IMG/VR virus record: IMGVR_UViG_3300036790_000034
Span: 33,492-97,491 of that record
Direction: 5' to 3' (one strand)
DNA length: 64,000 nucleotides
Origin: a virus
Made by a program: the position numbers and the translations under genes. Shown piece by piece: positions 20,144 to 27,490 of this stretch (positions are counted from its first letter, which is position 1; each line of letters begins with the position of its first letter). Under the pieces are notes generated by a model. That model was given only the letters and a program-made list of their open reading frames with translations, was not told where the DNA came from and did no database searches.

Positions 20144-20608
20144 ATGTTGAAGCAAGACGACTACATCAAGGGTCGTCTGGTTGAGATGGGTTGGCGTTTC
20201 GGTCAATCATACACCGGAGCAGCCGGACACATCGCAGGCCAGATGATTATGCAGACTCTCGCCAATCGCGTGCGTGCGGGTTGGGCGTCATGGCTACAGG
20301 TCATCGACCGCATCCCGAATCACATGGCAGAGAACGAAATGCCGCCTCTTGTGCATCCACCGATTCATGAGCCGACCTTCGTCAAGCTGCTTCAAGCTGT
20401 TGACGGCGTCTTCGATGGTGCCATCAACGACTTGTCGAAGGGTTCTCTCTATTGGGGCGACCTCGCGAAGATTGAACGCGAATGGTTCCGTGACAAAATC
20501 ATCCACGCAAAGAAGCACATCAACATCAGCGACGGCGGATTAGAGCTAGTCGAAGTTCCGGCACACCAACGTGTCGCGAACATGAACGGTCTGACGTTCT
20601 GGAACTAA
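20144..20608 (+). CDS. Divergent SleB-type cell wall hydrolase-like protein
   Basis: IMQTLANRVRAGW...VI and DLSKGSLYW resemble the NRV and DxTxGA.y motifs; catalytic Glu not evident. Confidence 0.45.
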   Translation: MLKQDDYIKGRLVEMGWRFGQSYTGAAGHIAGQMIMQTLANRVRAGWASWLQVIDRIPNHMAENEMPPLVHPPIHEPTFVKLLQAVDGVFDGAINDLSKGSLYWGDLAKIEREWFRDKIIHAKKHINISDGGLELVEVPAHQRVANMNGLTFWN

Positions 20609-20633
20609 GAAGTAGCCGGAGGAGAGAATTGAG

Positions 20634-20909
20634 ATGGGTATGGAGACTGTGATAGCTGGTCTCAAGAAAATGGTCAGCGACAAAACACTGTCTGACCTGA
20701 AGGACTATCATCTGCCAATCATGATTTTTATGTTTCTTGGCGGCGGGGTTCTGGCTTGGTTCGGCAAAATGACGTACGCATTCGTTGCCTTCACGGGAAC
20801 GATTGTTGGGGGAATTACGGGCCACGCTTTCTCCCCGGCCCAACGAGACAAGGACGACTCCGATGTTGCATCTTCCTCTGGCAGCACTGATTCAGGTAGT
20901 AGCAAGTAA
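20634..20909 (+). CDS. Putative holin (2 TM)
   Basis: Two hydrophobic segments, charged C-terminus, M-G-M dual-start-like N-terminus. Confidence 0.5.
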   Translation: MGMETVIAGLKKMVSDKTLSDLKDYHLPIMIFMFLGGGVLAWFGKMTYAFVAFTGTIVGGITGHAFSPAQRDKDDSDVASSSGSTDSGSSK

Positions 20910-21171
20910 CCCCACACCTTTTGAGTGGGCATCCCAACATATTCATCTCATCGCGTGGCCGACCATCGTATTCTTCGTTGCCAAGGCAGCGTGGTACGCC
21001 GCGAAATTTTTCACTGAGACAAAACAGCAGGTTGACAAGACCATCGGGCAAATCAACACGATGGCGACCAACCACTTCCCCCACATGGAGAAGAGTCTCA
21101 TCAACATGGACAAGAACGTCACTCGCCTCGTGATGCACCAGACAGGCGATGCAAGCGTAGTCGAAAACTAA
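20863..21171 (+). CDS. Single-TM coiled-coil protein (holin/antiholin-like)
   Basis: TM segment followed by a TNHFPHM coiled coil; AAGGA RBS before ATG 20863. Confidence 0.5.
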   Translation: MLHLPLAALIQVVASNPTPFEWASQHIHLIAWPTIVFFVAKAAWYAAKFFTETKQQVDKTIGQINTMATNHFPHMEKSLINMDKNVTRLVMHQTGDASVVEN

Positions 21172-21183
21172 GACGGAGGACTC

Positions 21184-22815
21184 GTGGCAAAGACGAAGGA
21201 CCAGTGGGTAACAACTGAGTTGGTTTCCGAGGAGTTTGTGAAGCAGGGTGGGAACCAGTCAGCAACGGCTCGTGCGTTGGGCATTCATCGTCGCACTGTA
21301 GACCGACACCTGAGACAGACGGGTCTTCTGAAGAAGCCTCTCGCGGGCGGCAAACGCCATGCTGAGGGACTCAAAACAAATCTCCCGGCCAAGGGAACCA
21401 TCAAACGTTTCATCCTGACATCGGCACAGAACAACACCCACGTCCACAAGGCGTTCTGGGCGAATCTGACTGCGATGGCAGACCACTATGATGCGAAGAT
21501 TCTGGTCGGCACGTTTTCGTACAACCAGAACAATTTCGGTCGCCTCGCTGTCAAGCAAGGCACGAAGAAAGCATACGAAAGCACGCTGTGGTTCGACCCA
21601 GCGGTCAAGCCGTACATCGCGGACGAGAAAATTGAACTCGCTCCGGGGTTGACATGGTGCGGCAACATGAACATTCTCCCGACGATGGACAATCCCATCA
21701 GCGGGCTAGAGACCTATGAAGGCTCTAATAGCACAATCTTCCCGCACACGAAGATTGAGATGCGGTCCATCGCGACAACGCCAGACCTCCCGACGAAGAT
21801 GATTTACACCACGGGAGCCTGCACGCTGATGAACTACATCCAGAAGAAGGAAGGCATCAAAGCAGAGCATCACCACCGTTACGCGTTCCTGCTCGTCGAA
21901 GTTGACGACAAGGGCAACTGGTGGGCACGACAGGTCGCGGCCCGTAAGAGCGGACGAGTCATCCAAGATTTGAATGTCATCGTCGAAGGCGGTGAGGTCA
22001 TCACTGACGACGCGAAGGTCGATGCGATTACGTGGGGCGATTTGCACGGCACGCTGGCCCAGCCGGAAGTTGTCGATGCTTCACAAATCATGCTCGATGA
22101 ATTGAAGCCGCGTTACCAGTTCATTCACGACATCTTTGAGGGCATCTCGGTCAATCCGCACCTTCGGAAGTACAAAGCGATTCACGAGAAATTCTCCGCA
22201 TGGAAGCGGGGTCTGCATCGTGTCGAAGAGGAGTTGAAACAGACGCGGCCAGTGCTTGAACGCTATCTGCGTCCGTGGTGTAAGACAGTTTGCCCCGATG
22301 CAAATCACGACCGTGCATGGTTTAAGAAGTGGCTTCGCGAGTACGACTATCGCCCGGACCCACCGAACACTCAAATTTTCCTGCGGATGCAGGACTTCAT
22401 GTACTCCCAATTGGATAAGGGAGTTCTGGCAAAGAACGTCAATTTGACGAAGTTCGTGCTGGAGAGAGAAGCTGGTTTGAAAGAAGGGGCTATCAAGTTC
22501 CTTCTGCCGGACGAGCCGTATCAGGTTGAAGAGGTCGAGTGCGGAATGCACGGACACCTTGGGCCGAACGGAGCGTTTGGTTCGCCATCGAACCTTGCGA
22601 AGATTGGAAAGAAGGCATCGACCGCACACACGCACTCATGCGGCATCTATCACGGGCTGTATGTCGCAGGAACGTCGTCGAAGCTGACGACCGAGTGGGA
22701 TTATACTAGCGGCCCGACATCATGGTCTCACAGCCACGTCGTGCAGTATCCGAACGGCCAGCGTGCCATCGTGACAATGAAAATTGTTGACGGGGTCGCG
22801 AAATGGCGGGCATAG
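21184..22815 (+). CDS. HTH + calcineurin-like metallophosphoesterase (T5 A1-like nuclease)
   Basis: N-terminal HTH; ILTSAQNNT.VH; WGDLH; HD; ANHD; HGHLGPNG; HTHS. Confidence 0.7.
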   Translation: MAKTKDQWVTTELVSEEFVKQGGNQSATARALGIHRRTVDRHLRQTGLLKKPLAGGKRHAEGLKTNLPAKGTIKRFILTSAQNNTHVHKAFWANLTAMADHYDAKILVGTFSYNQNNFGRLAVKQGTKKAYESTLWFDPAVKPYIADEKIELAPGLTWCGNMNILPTMDNPISGLETYEGSNSTIFPHTKIEMRSIATTPDLPTKMIYTTGACTLMNYIQKKEGIKAEHHHRYAFLLVEVDDKGNWWARQVAARKSGRVIQDLNVIVEGGEVITDDAKVDAITWGDLHGTLAQPEVVDASQIMLDELKPRYQFIHDIFEGISVNPHLRKYKAIHEKFSAWKRGLHRVEEELKQTRPVLERYLRPWCKTVCPDANHDRAWFKKWLREYDYRPDPPNTQIFLRMQDFMYSQLDKGVLAKNVNLTKFVLEREAGLKEGAIKFLLPDEPYQVEEVECGMHGHLGPNGAFGSPSNLAKIGKKASTAHTHSCGIYHGLYVAGTSSKLTTEWDYTSGPTSWSHSHVVQYPNGQRAIVTMKIVDGVAKWRA

Positions 22816-22872
22816 GCTGGGAGTCAGGGAAGTTCTACAACATATAACGTCCGGCATCTCTGGGAGGAGAAC

Positions 22873-23139
22873 ATGGCAGACGAACAGCAAGGACAGCAGC
22901 AGGGGTTCATTCAAATCCGGCTCGACGGCTCTTACGGCCCCGGCCCGATGGCTGAACTAACAATCACAACCAAGACCGAGACTGGTGGGGAAACGTCCGT
23001 ACAGTTCACGATTCCCTACCTTCTCATTGACATGAAACGTCTTCAGTACATGAGCGACATCAATCTCATTGTGGGGTACGGCGTCAAGAAACAGCCAGAG
23101 GCTCGGCTGGCCGGACTACGGGAATTGGGGCTGGGCTAA
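22873..23139 (+). CDS. Hypothetical protein
   Basis: GGAGGAG RBS; coupled to the next gene. Confidence 0.6.
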   Translation: MADEQQGQQQGFIQIRLDGSYGPGPMAELTITTKTETGGETSVQFTIPYLLIDMKRLQYMSDINLIVGYGVKKQPEARLAGLRELGLG

Positions 23140-23765
23140 TGGCACAGGCTAAAATCAATTTCCTGAAAGACCACAAGAAGGTTGTCGGTTGCGACCTTGA
23201 CGATGTCCTTGCTAACTTCATCCAGAAGTTCATGGACATTGCTCATGAGTTGCATGGCGTGGACCCGACCATCCGTCCTTCCGATTGGGAGTGGACAGGT
23301 CTCGGCAAGACGCCCGAGGAGACAATCAAAATTACAGAAGACGTGTGGGCGGCAATCATCGCTGACCCGTATTTCTGGACAACCCTCGAAGTCGAGCCGG
23401 GGGCCAGCGTGGACCTTGTCCAACGTCTGGAGTCGAAGACGAAGCTGTATTTTCCGACGGCTCGTGCAGTCACAACAGGCGGCGTTGATGTCGGCTTCCA
23501 GTCGGCACGATGGCTGCTCAACAAATTCGGAATCCCTTTCCCGACGGTCATCGTTGGCGACCAGAAGGGTCCGTTGGCGAACGCCCTGAAGTACGACTAC
23601 TTCGTGGACGACCGTCCGAAAAACTGTGTGGAAGTCAAAGCAGCCCGTCCTGAGTGTCAGGTGTTCATTAAGACCGCCTCGCACAACACGACGATTGTGC
23701 TGCCGGGAGTGCAACGCGTCGAAAACTTTGACGAGTTCGCCCGTATCGTGTTAGCTGAAGCATAG
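23139..23765 (+). CDS. HAD-family 5'(3')-deoxyribonucleotidase (NT5C-like)
   Basis: DLDDVLAN motif I; TAR; DDRPKN motif IV. Confidence 0.8.
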   Translation: MAQAKINFLKDHKKVVGCDLDDVLANFIQKFMDIAHELHGVDPTIRPSDWEWTGLGKTPEETIKITEDVWAAIIADPYFWTTLEVEPGASVDLVQRLESKTKLYFPTARAVTTGGVDVGFQSARWLLNKFGIPFPTVIVGDQKGPLANALKYDYFVDDRPKNCVEVKAARPECQVFIKTASHNTTIVLPGVQRVENFDEFARIVLAEA

Positions 23766-23774
23766 GAGGAAGCA

Positions 23775-24254
23775 TTGTCCGAGAACGAGAAGGTTGCCCC
23801 GAAGTCGAAAGCACTCGGCAGCAACCCAAAGGATTTGCTGGGCAGCAAGAAGCCCTCACTCACCAAGATTCCCAGCATCGCTCTTTTGTGGGAATCTCTC
23901 GCAATGATGGACGGCGGTGGTAAGTACGGGCCGTATAATTGGCGGGCGAACAAAGTCATCGCAAGCATCTACATCGACGCGTGCAAGCGACATCTCGACG
24001 CATGGTTCGAGGGTCAACAGTTCGCGGAAGATTCCGGCTGTCATCACCTTGGTCACGCTAGAGCGTGTCTCGGGATTCTGCTCGACGCGGAAGCGACGGG
24101 CAATTTGATTGACGACCGCCCTACAACCGACGGGTCCACTGAAGCGTATCAGCGGACGATGGACGCCGTCATCGCAAAAATCCCAGCAATGACGGAACGG
24201 CACAAGAAGTTCCATGCTGAGAAATCCGCGAAAGAAGCGGCAAAGACGACATAA
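23775..24254 (+). CDS. dATP/dGTP diphosphohydrolase (DUF5664-like)
   Basis: GKYGPYNW; YIDA.KRHL.AWFEG; DSGCHHLGHA.ACL.IL.DA. Confidence 0.8.
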   Translation: MSENEKVAPKSKALGSNPKDLLGSKKPSLTKIPSIALLWESLAMMDGGGKYGPYNWRANKVIASIYIDACKRHLDAWFEGQQFAEDSGCHHLGHARACLGILLDAEATGNLIDDRPTTDGSTEAYQRTMDAVIAKIPAMTERHKKFHAEKSAKEAAKTT

Positions 24255-24380
24255 CCCTCGTGCTCCCGGCGACCCCGGTTTGAGCGAGGGCAGCGTGACT
24301 CCCCACCAGTTAGAGACAAAGCGGGAGCGGTGGACGGGTAGACCGGAAGCGTGAGCCGAACTGCCCGACAAATTCTATGA

Positions 24381-24461
24381 CCCCGTGAAGATGAGAAATG
24401 TGGTCAGCATCGCTCATTCGAGAGCGAGGAACGAAGGGCACACCACCTTCCACGGGGACCA
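24381..24461 (+). ncRNA. Degenerate tRNA-like element with encoded CCA
   Basis: Acceptor CCCCGTG/CACGGGG + ACCA; D stem GATG/CATC; stem GCTC/GAGC around ATTCGA; T stem GAAGG/CCTTC with a non-canonical loop. Confidence 0.55.
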
Positions 24462-24542
24462 GTTTAAGCGTTCCGAGACGTAAACTCGGTGGGGTGACAC
24501 AGCACAGAGCCGCGACCTATCGTCACAAGATAGGAGTTCTTC

Positions 24543-24839
24543 GTGGGCTACAAAAGTAAGTTGGATAAACAGGCTTGGGACAAACGCCGCATGGCGGATA
24601 CCAAGCAACGAATTGAGCAGTATCTCCGTGAACATCCCTGCGTGGATTGCGGAAATGATGACATAAATGTGTTAGAGTTCGACCATGTACGAGGATGTAA
24701 GTCTTATAACGTGGGTCGATTCGGAACGCTTCGCTTTGAAACTCTATTGAAAGAAATTGCGAAGTGTGATGTTCGATGTGCGAACTGTCATCGTAAGAGA
24801 CATAGACTTTGTGGTGCGTACCGTCCGATGACGGCGTGA
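24543..24839 (+). CDS. HNH endonuclease
   Basis: PCVDCG...LEFDH...KC.VRCANCHR. Confidence 0.85.
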   Translation: MGYKSKLDKQAWDKRRMADTKQRIEQYLREHPCVDCGNDDINVLEFDHVRGCKSYNVGRFGTLRFETLLKEIAKCDVRCANCHRKRHRLCGAYRPMTA

Positions 24840-24897
24840 GCCTGTGATGCTCATCGAAAAGGGTTTGACTCCCTGCGTACCCTCCAATCGAGGAAGC

Positions 24898-25095
24898 ATG
24901 AAAGCACCATCCATTGGTCCGCAAGACGGAGCACGGTTCAACATCGCAGTTCAACGACCGACCGTCAACATCAAAGAAGCTGAGAACGTTGGTGAACAGG
25001 CTCAAGCAGCCGCCCATGTGACTCCGCGAGTATCATTCTCCAAGCACGCGACCTTCGGCCCGAAGGCCGTGACGCATCCGGGTTTGGAGAGTTAG
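24898..25095 (+). CDS. Hypothetical protein
   Basis: GAGG RBS; fills the gap between two HNH genes. Confidence 0.45.
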   Translation: MKAPSIGPQDGARFNIAVQRPTVNIKEAENVGEQAQAAAHVTPRVSFSKHATFGPKAVTHPGLES

Positions 25096-25464
25096 ATGCC
25101 TAAGGGTGTTTATAAGCATCGGAAAGGGCGTAAGTCGCCCAACTGGAAAGGCGGGGTCTACTTGTCGAACCCGCAACGATACCAGAAATCCTATCGCCAG
25201 TCTCACTATACCAGCACTTATAAACGTGACCGTTATCGTGTATTCAAGGCGATGTGGGTCGCGTACAAAGGTGGGAAATGCGAAGATTGCGGTGGGACTT
25301 TCCCCAACTGTGTATTCCAGTTTCATCATCGTAACCCCGAAGAGAAGAAGTTTACTATCGGGAGCGGGGCACACAAGGCTTATGAGGTAGTGAAGGCCGA
25401 AGTTGATAAGTGTGATTTGCTTTGTGCGAACTGTCATTTCATCCGAGAGTATGAAGATGATTAA
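25096..25464 (+). CDS. HNH endonuclease
   Basis: PNWKGG; GGKCEDCG; FQFHH; KCDLLCANCH. Confidence 0.85.
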   Translation: MPKGVYKHRKGRKSPNWKGGVYLSNPQRYQKSYRQSHYTSTYKRDRYRVFKAMWVAYKGGKCEDCGGTFPNCVFQFHHRNPEEKKFTIGSGAHKAYEVVKAEVDKCDLLCANCHFIREYEDD

Positions 25465-25939
25465 CATCAAATTCACGAAAGAACAGGTCGGGTTTGAATC
25501 CCCGGCCAAAGGGCCTCATCATTGTGGAGAGTGCCGCTATTTTCTAGGCGGTCGATGTGCTATCGTCTTCGGAGTTGTCACTTCTGGAGACTGGTGTGAA
25601 AAATTCCAAGAGAAGGAAAATATGAACGCGAAGAGTCCCGCAGAGTTGAACAAGGCCGAGGCGTGCGAAGCACGTTGCGGTGAAAAGAAGGCCGACGAGA
25701 GGTCCAACCATCCCGGCCAAGGTATCAAAGAGCATGGTTTGAAAATCAAAAGCCGGACAACCGGACGTGTCGTTGATGTGGGTTTCGGTCCACAAGGCGG
25801 CGGTCTTGTCCCGAAGAATCCGTTCGCGTCCCTCGCACAAGAGGGCTATCTGCACGCACATCCTGAGAAGCTGGGTGCGAAGAAGCTGGCCGAGTTCGAT
25901 GCGGCGACGAAGGGGAAGAAACTTCCCAAGAAGAAATAG
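25451..25939 (+). CDS. HiPIP-like 4-Cys domain fused to a basic domain (possible internal start at 25622)
   Basis: K..V.F..P.KG.HCGEC.YF....C.IV.G.V..GDWC..F. Confidence 0.5.
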   Translation: MKMINIKFTKEQVGFESPAKGPHHCGECRYFLGGRCAIVFGVVTSGDWCEKFQEKENMNAKSPAELNKAEACEARCGEKKADERSNHPGQGIKEHGLKIKSRTTGRVVDVGFGPQGGGLVPKNPFASLAQEGYLHAHPEKLGAKKLAEFDAATKGKKLPKKK

Positions 25940-25949
25940 TGGAGGAGCA

Positions 25950-26699
25950 ATGAGTACACCGACAGTGACACCAGAAACTCCCGTGGCAGGGGTCTCAGCA
26001 CAGACTTGGTTTCAGAAGCATGAGCGGATTGTCATCGCTCTCTTTGCTCTGACACTCGGCGTGTGGGGATTCAACAAGTGGGTGGATGTTTCCGCGAACA
26101 ACGCGAAGACTCAAGCAGCCGTCTCGGAGCAAGCACGAGTCGCACAAGACACGACCGTCAAGCAGTTGCAGGCTCAGATGGCAACACAGGCTCAACAGTT
26201 CTCCCAGAGCCAAGCAGAGATGAAGGCAGAGGTTCTTTCCCTTGTCTCCGCAATCGCTCAACGGGATGCGAAAGCTGCCCAACAGATTCAGATTGTGACC
26301 GCTCCGAAGACGCCGACACAAGCTGTCGCGGATTTGACGACGGCCTATCCGAAACTACCGGATGCTCCAGTTGTCACCGATGGTGGTGCGACGGTCTCGA
26401 CCGCCGATGTTCAGCAGTTCACAGTCGCTAAGATTGAAGGCGACACGGCGAAGGCGGACCTCGACGACACGAAGACTGAATTGACCAAGACGAACACGAC
26501 GCTGTCGCAAGCAGTCTCGCTCCTCGGAACGAAGGACACTGTCATCGCTGGATTACAGTTGGATGTCACGAAGCACGACAAAGCGTGCGAAGACTCGAAG
26601 ACGGAATTGAAGAGAGAAGCACGCAAGGACAAGTGGCACGCGTTCCTCGCTGGTGCAGGCACCGTCGCCGTCATCGCAATGAAGTTCATGAAATTCTGA
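25950..26699 (+). CDS. Membrane-anchored coiled-coil protein (spanin-like)
   Basis: N-terminal TM, long coiled coil, hydrophobic C-terminus; GGAGGAG RBS. Confidence 0.55.
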   Translation: MSTPTVTPETPVAGVSAQTWFQKHERIVIALFALTLGVWGFNKWVDVSANNAKTQAAVSEQARVAQDTTVKQLQAQMATQAQQFSQSQAEMKAEVLSLVSAIAQRDAKAAQQIQIVTAPKTPTQAVADLTTAYPKLPDAPVVTDGGATVSTADVQQFTVAKIEGDTAKADLDDTKTELTKTNTTLSQAVSLLGTKDTVIAGLQLDVTKHDKACEDSKTELKREARKDKWHAFLAGAGTVAVIAMKFMKF

Positions 26700-26773
26700 G
26701 CGGGTGTGGGCCATTGGTAGGCTAGTTGGCTTCCACCCAACTTATGGGAGTTCAATCCTCTCCACCCGCTCCA
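26700..26773 (+). tRNA. trnG: tRNA-Gly(TCC)
   Basis: GCGGGTG/CACCCGC acceptor, U73, CCA; GTTGG-CTTCCAC-CCAAC anticodon arm. Confidence 0.9.
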
Positions 26774-26836
26774 TCGACGTAAAGCAAGCATACCCCGGTG
26801 ATGCCGATTAAAAGGATTCGCCGGGGATTGTGATGT

Positions 26837-26923
26837 TGGCATGTAAACCGTAACTGGTAGCGGGCTGCACTGTTAATGCAGTAGCTCACGCTTCTGTAGG
26901 TTCGAGTCCTACCTTGCCAGCCA
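26837..26923 (+). tRNA. trnN: tRNA-Asn(GTT) with a long variable arm
   Basis: CTGCA-CTGTTAA-TGCAG anticodon arm; GTAGG-TTCGAGT-CCTAC T arm; G73-CCA. Confidence 0.85.
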
Positions 26924-27283
26924 ATTTGTCTGCCTCTGTTGAAACAGGCTTGCCCCGGATTCAGGGTAACGAACGCCCACGCGACACAGATGGCGTGGTG
27001 ATGGTCTGCTGCTCGGTGAAACTCCGGGCGTATCCGAGATGACGAGAAGGATTACGCACGACGCGTGCTGGCGTTGCATCGTGTGACTTCGCTCGTCGGT
27101 TCCACCAGCAAAGACTTGCCGTAGAAGACCCCTGAACTCGTCGAAGGCGTTGCAGCCGAGAGTTCATGCCTCTACGCCCCACCTTTCCGGCCCGATGCAA
27201 CTAAGGCTAGTGAGGTTGCGTGCAACGGGGAACTCGCTAGGTCCGTCGAGTGGGCATTTTATAGATGCCTGTTACGGACCCAC
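26924..27283 (+). ncRNA. Candidate ~360-nt structured non-coding RNA
   Basis: At least six stacked helices and no credible ORF; lies between two tRNAs. Confidence 0.55.
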
Positions 27284-27358
27284 GGGCCTTTATTTCAATT
27301 GGCAGAATCCCTCCCTTGCACGGAGGAGATGGGGGTTCGAGTCCCTCAAGGTCCACCA
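27284..27358 (+). tRNA. trnA: tRNA-Ala(TGC)
   Basis: G3:U70 pair; CCTCC-CTTGCAC-GGAGG; TTCGAGT loop; ACCA. Confidence 0.9.
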
Positions 27359-27396
27359 TTCTTTTTGTCCGTTACTAATGGACACGCAACGAACAC

Positions 27397-27472
27397 GGAC
27401 AGATAGCTCCAATGGTAGAGCGTCGGTTTGAAACTCCGAAGGTTCGTGGTTCAACCCCACGGCTGTCCACCA
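27397..27472 (+). tRNA. trnF: tRNA-Phe(GAA)
   Basis: TAGCTC..TGGTAGAGC D arm; TTGAAAC loop; CGTGG-TTCAACC-CCACG T arm; ACCA. Confidence 0.85.
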
Positions 27473-27490
27473 TCTTCCCGAAAGGTAATC

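Noticed and set aside
23775-24254. 2-aminoadenine (Z) genome pathway
   Set aside because: A DUF5664-like gene alone is insufficient; no PurZ or DatZ-type HD gene was recognised here.
26924-27283. tmRNA, RNase P RNA, group I intron or HDV-like ribozyme
   Set aside because: None of the hallmark motifs could be recognised.
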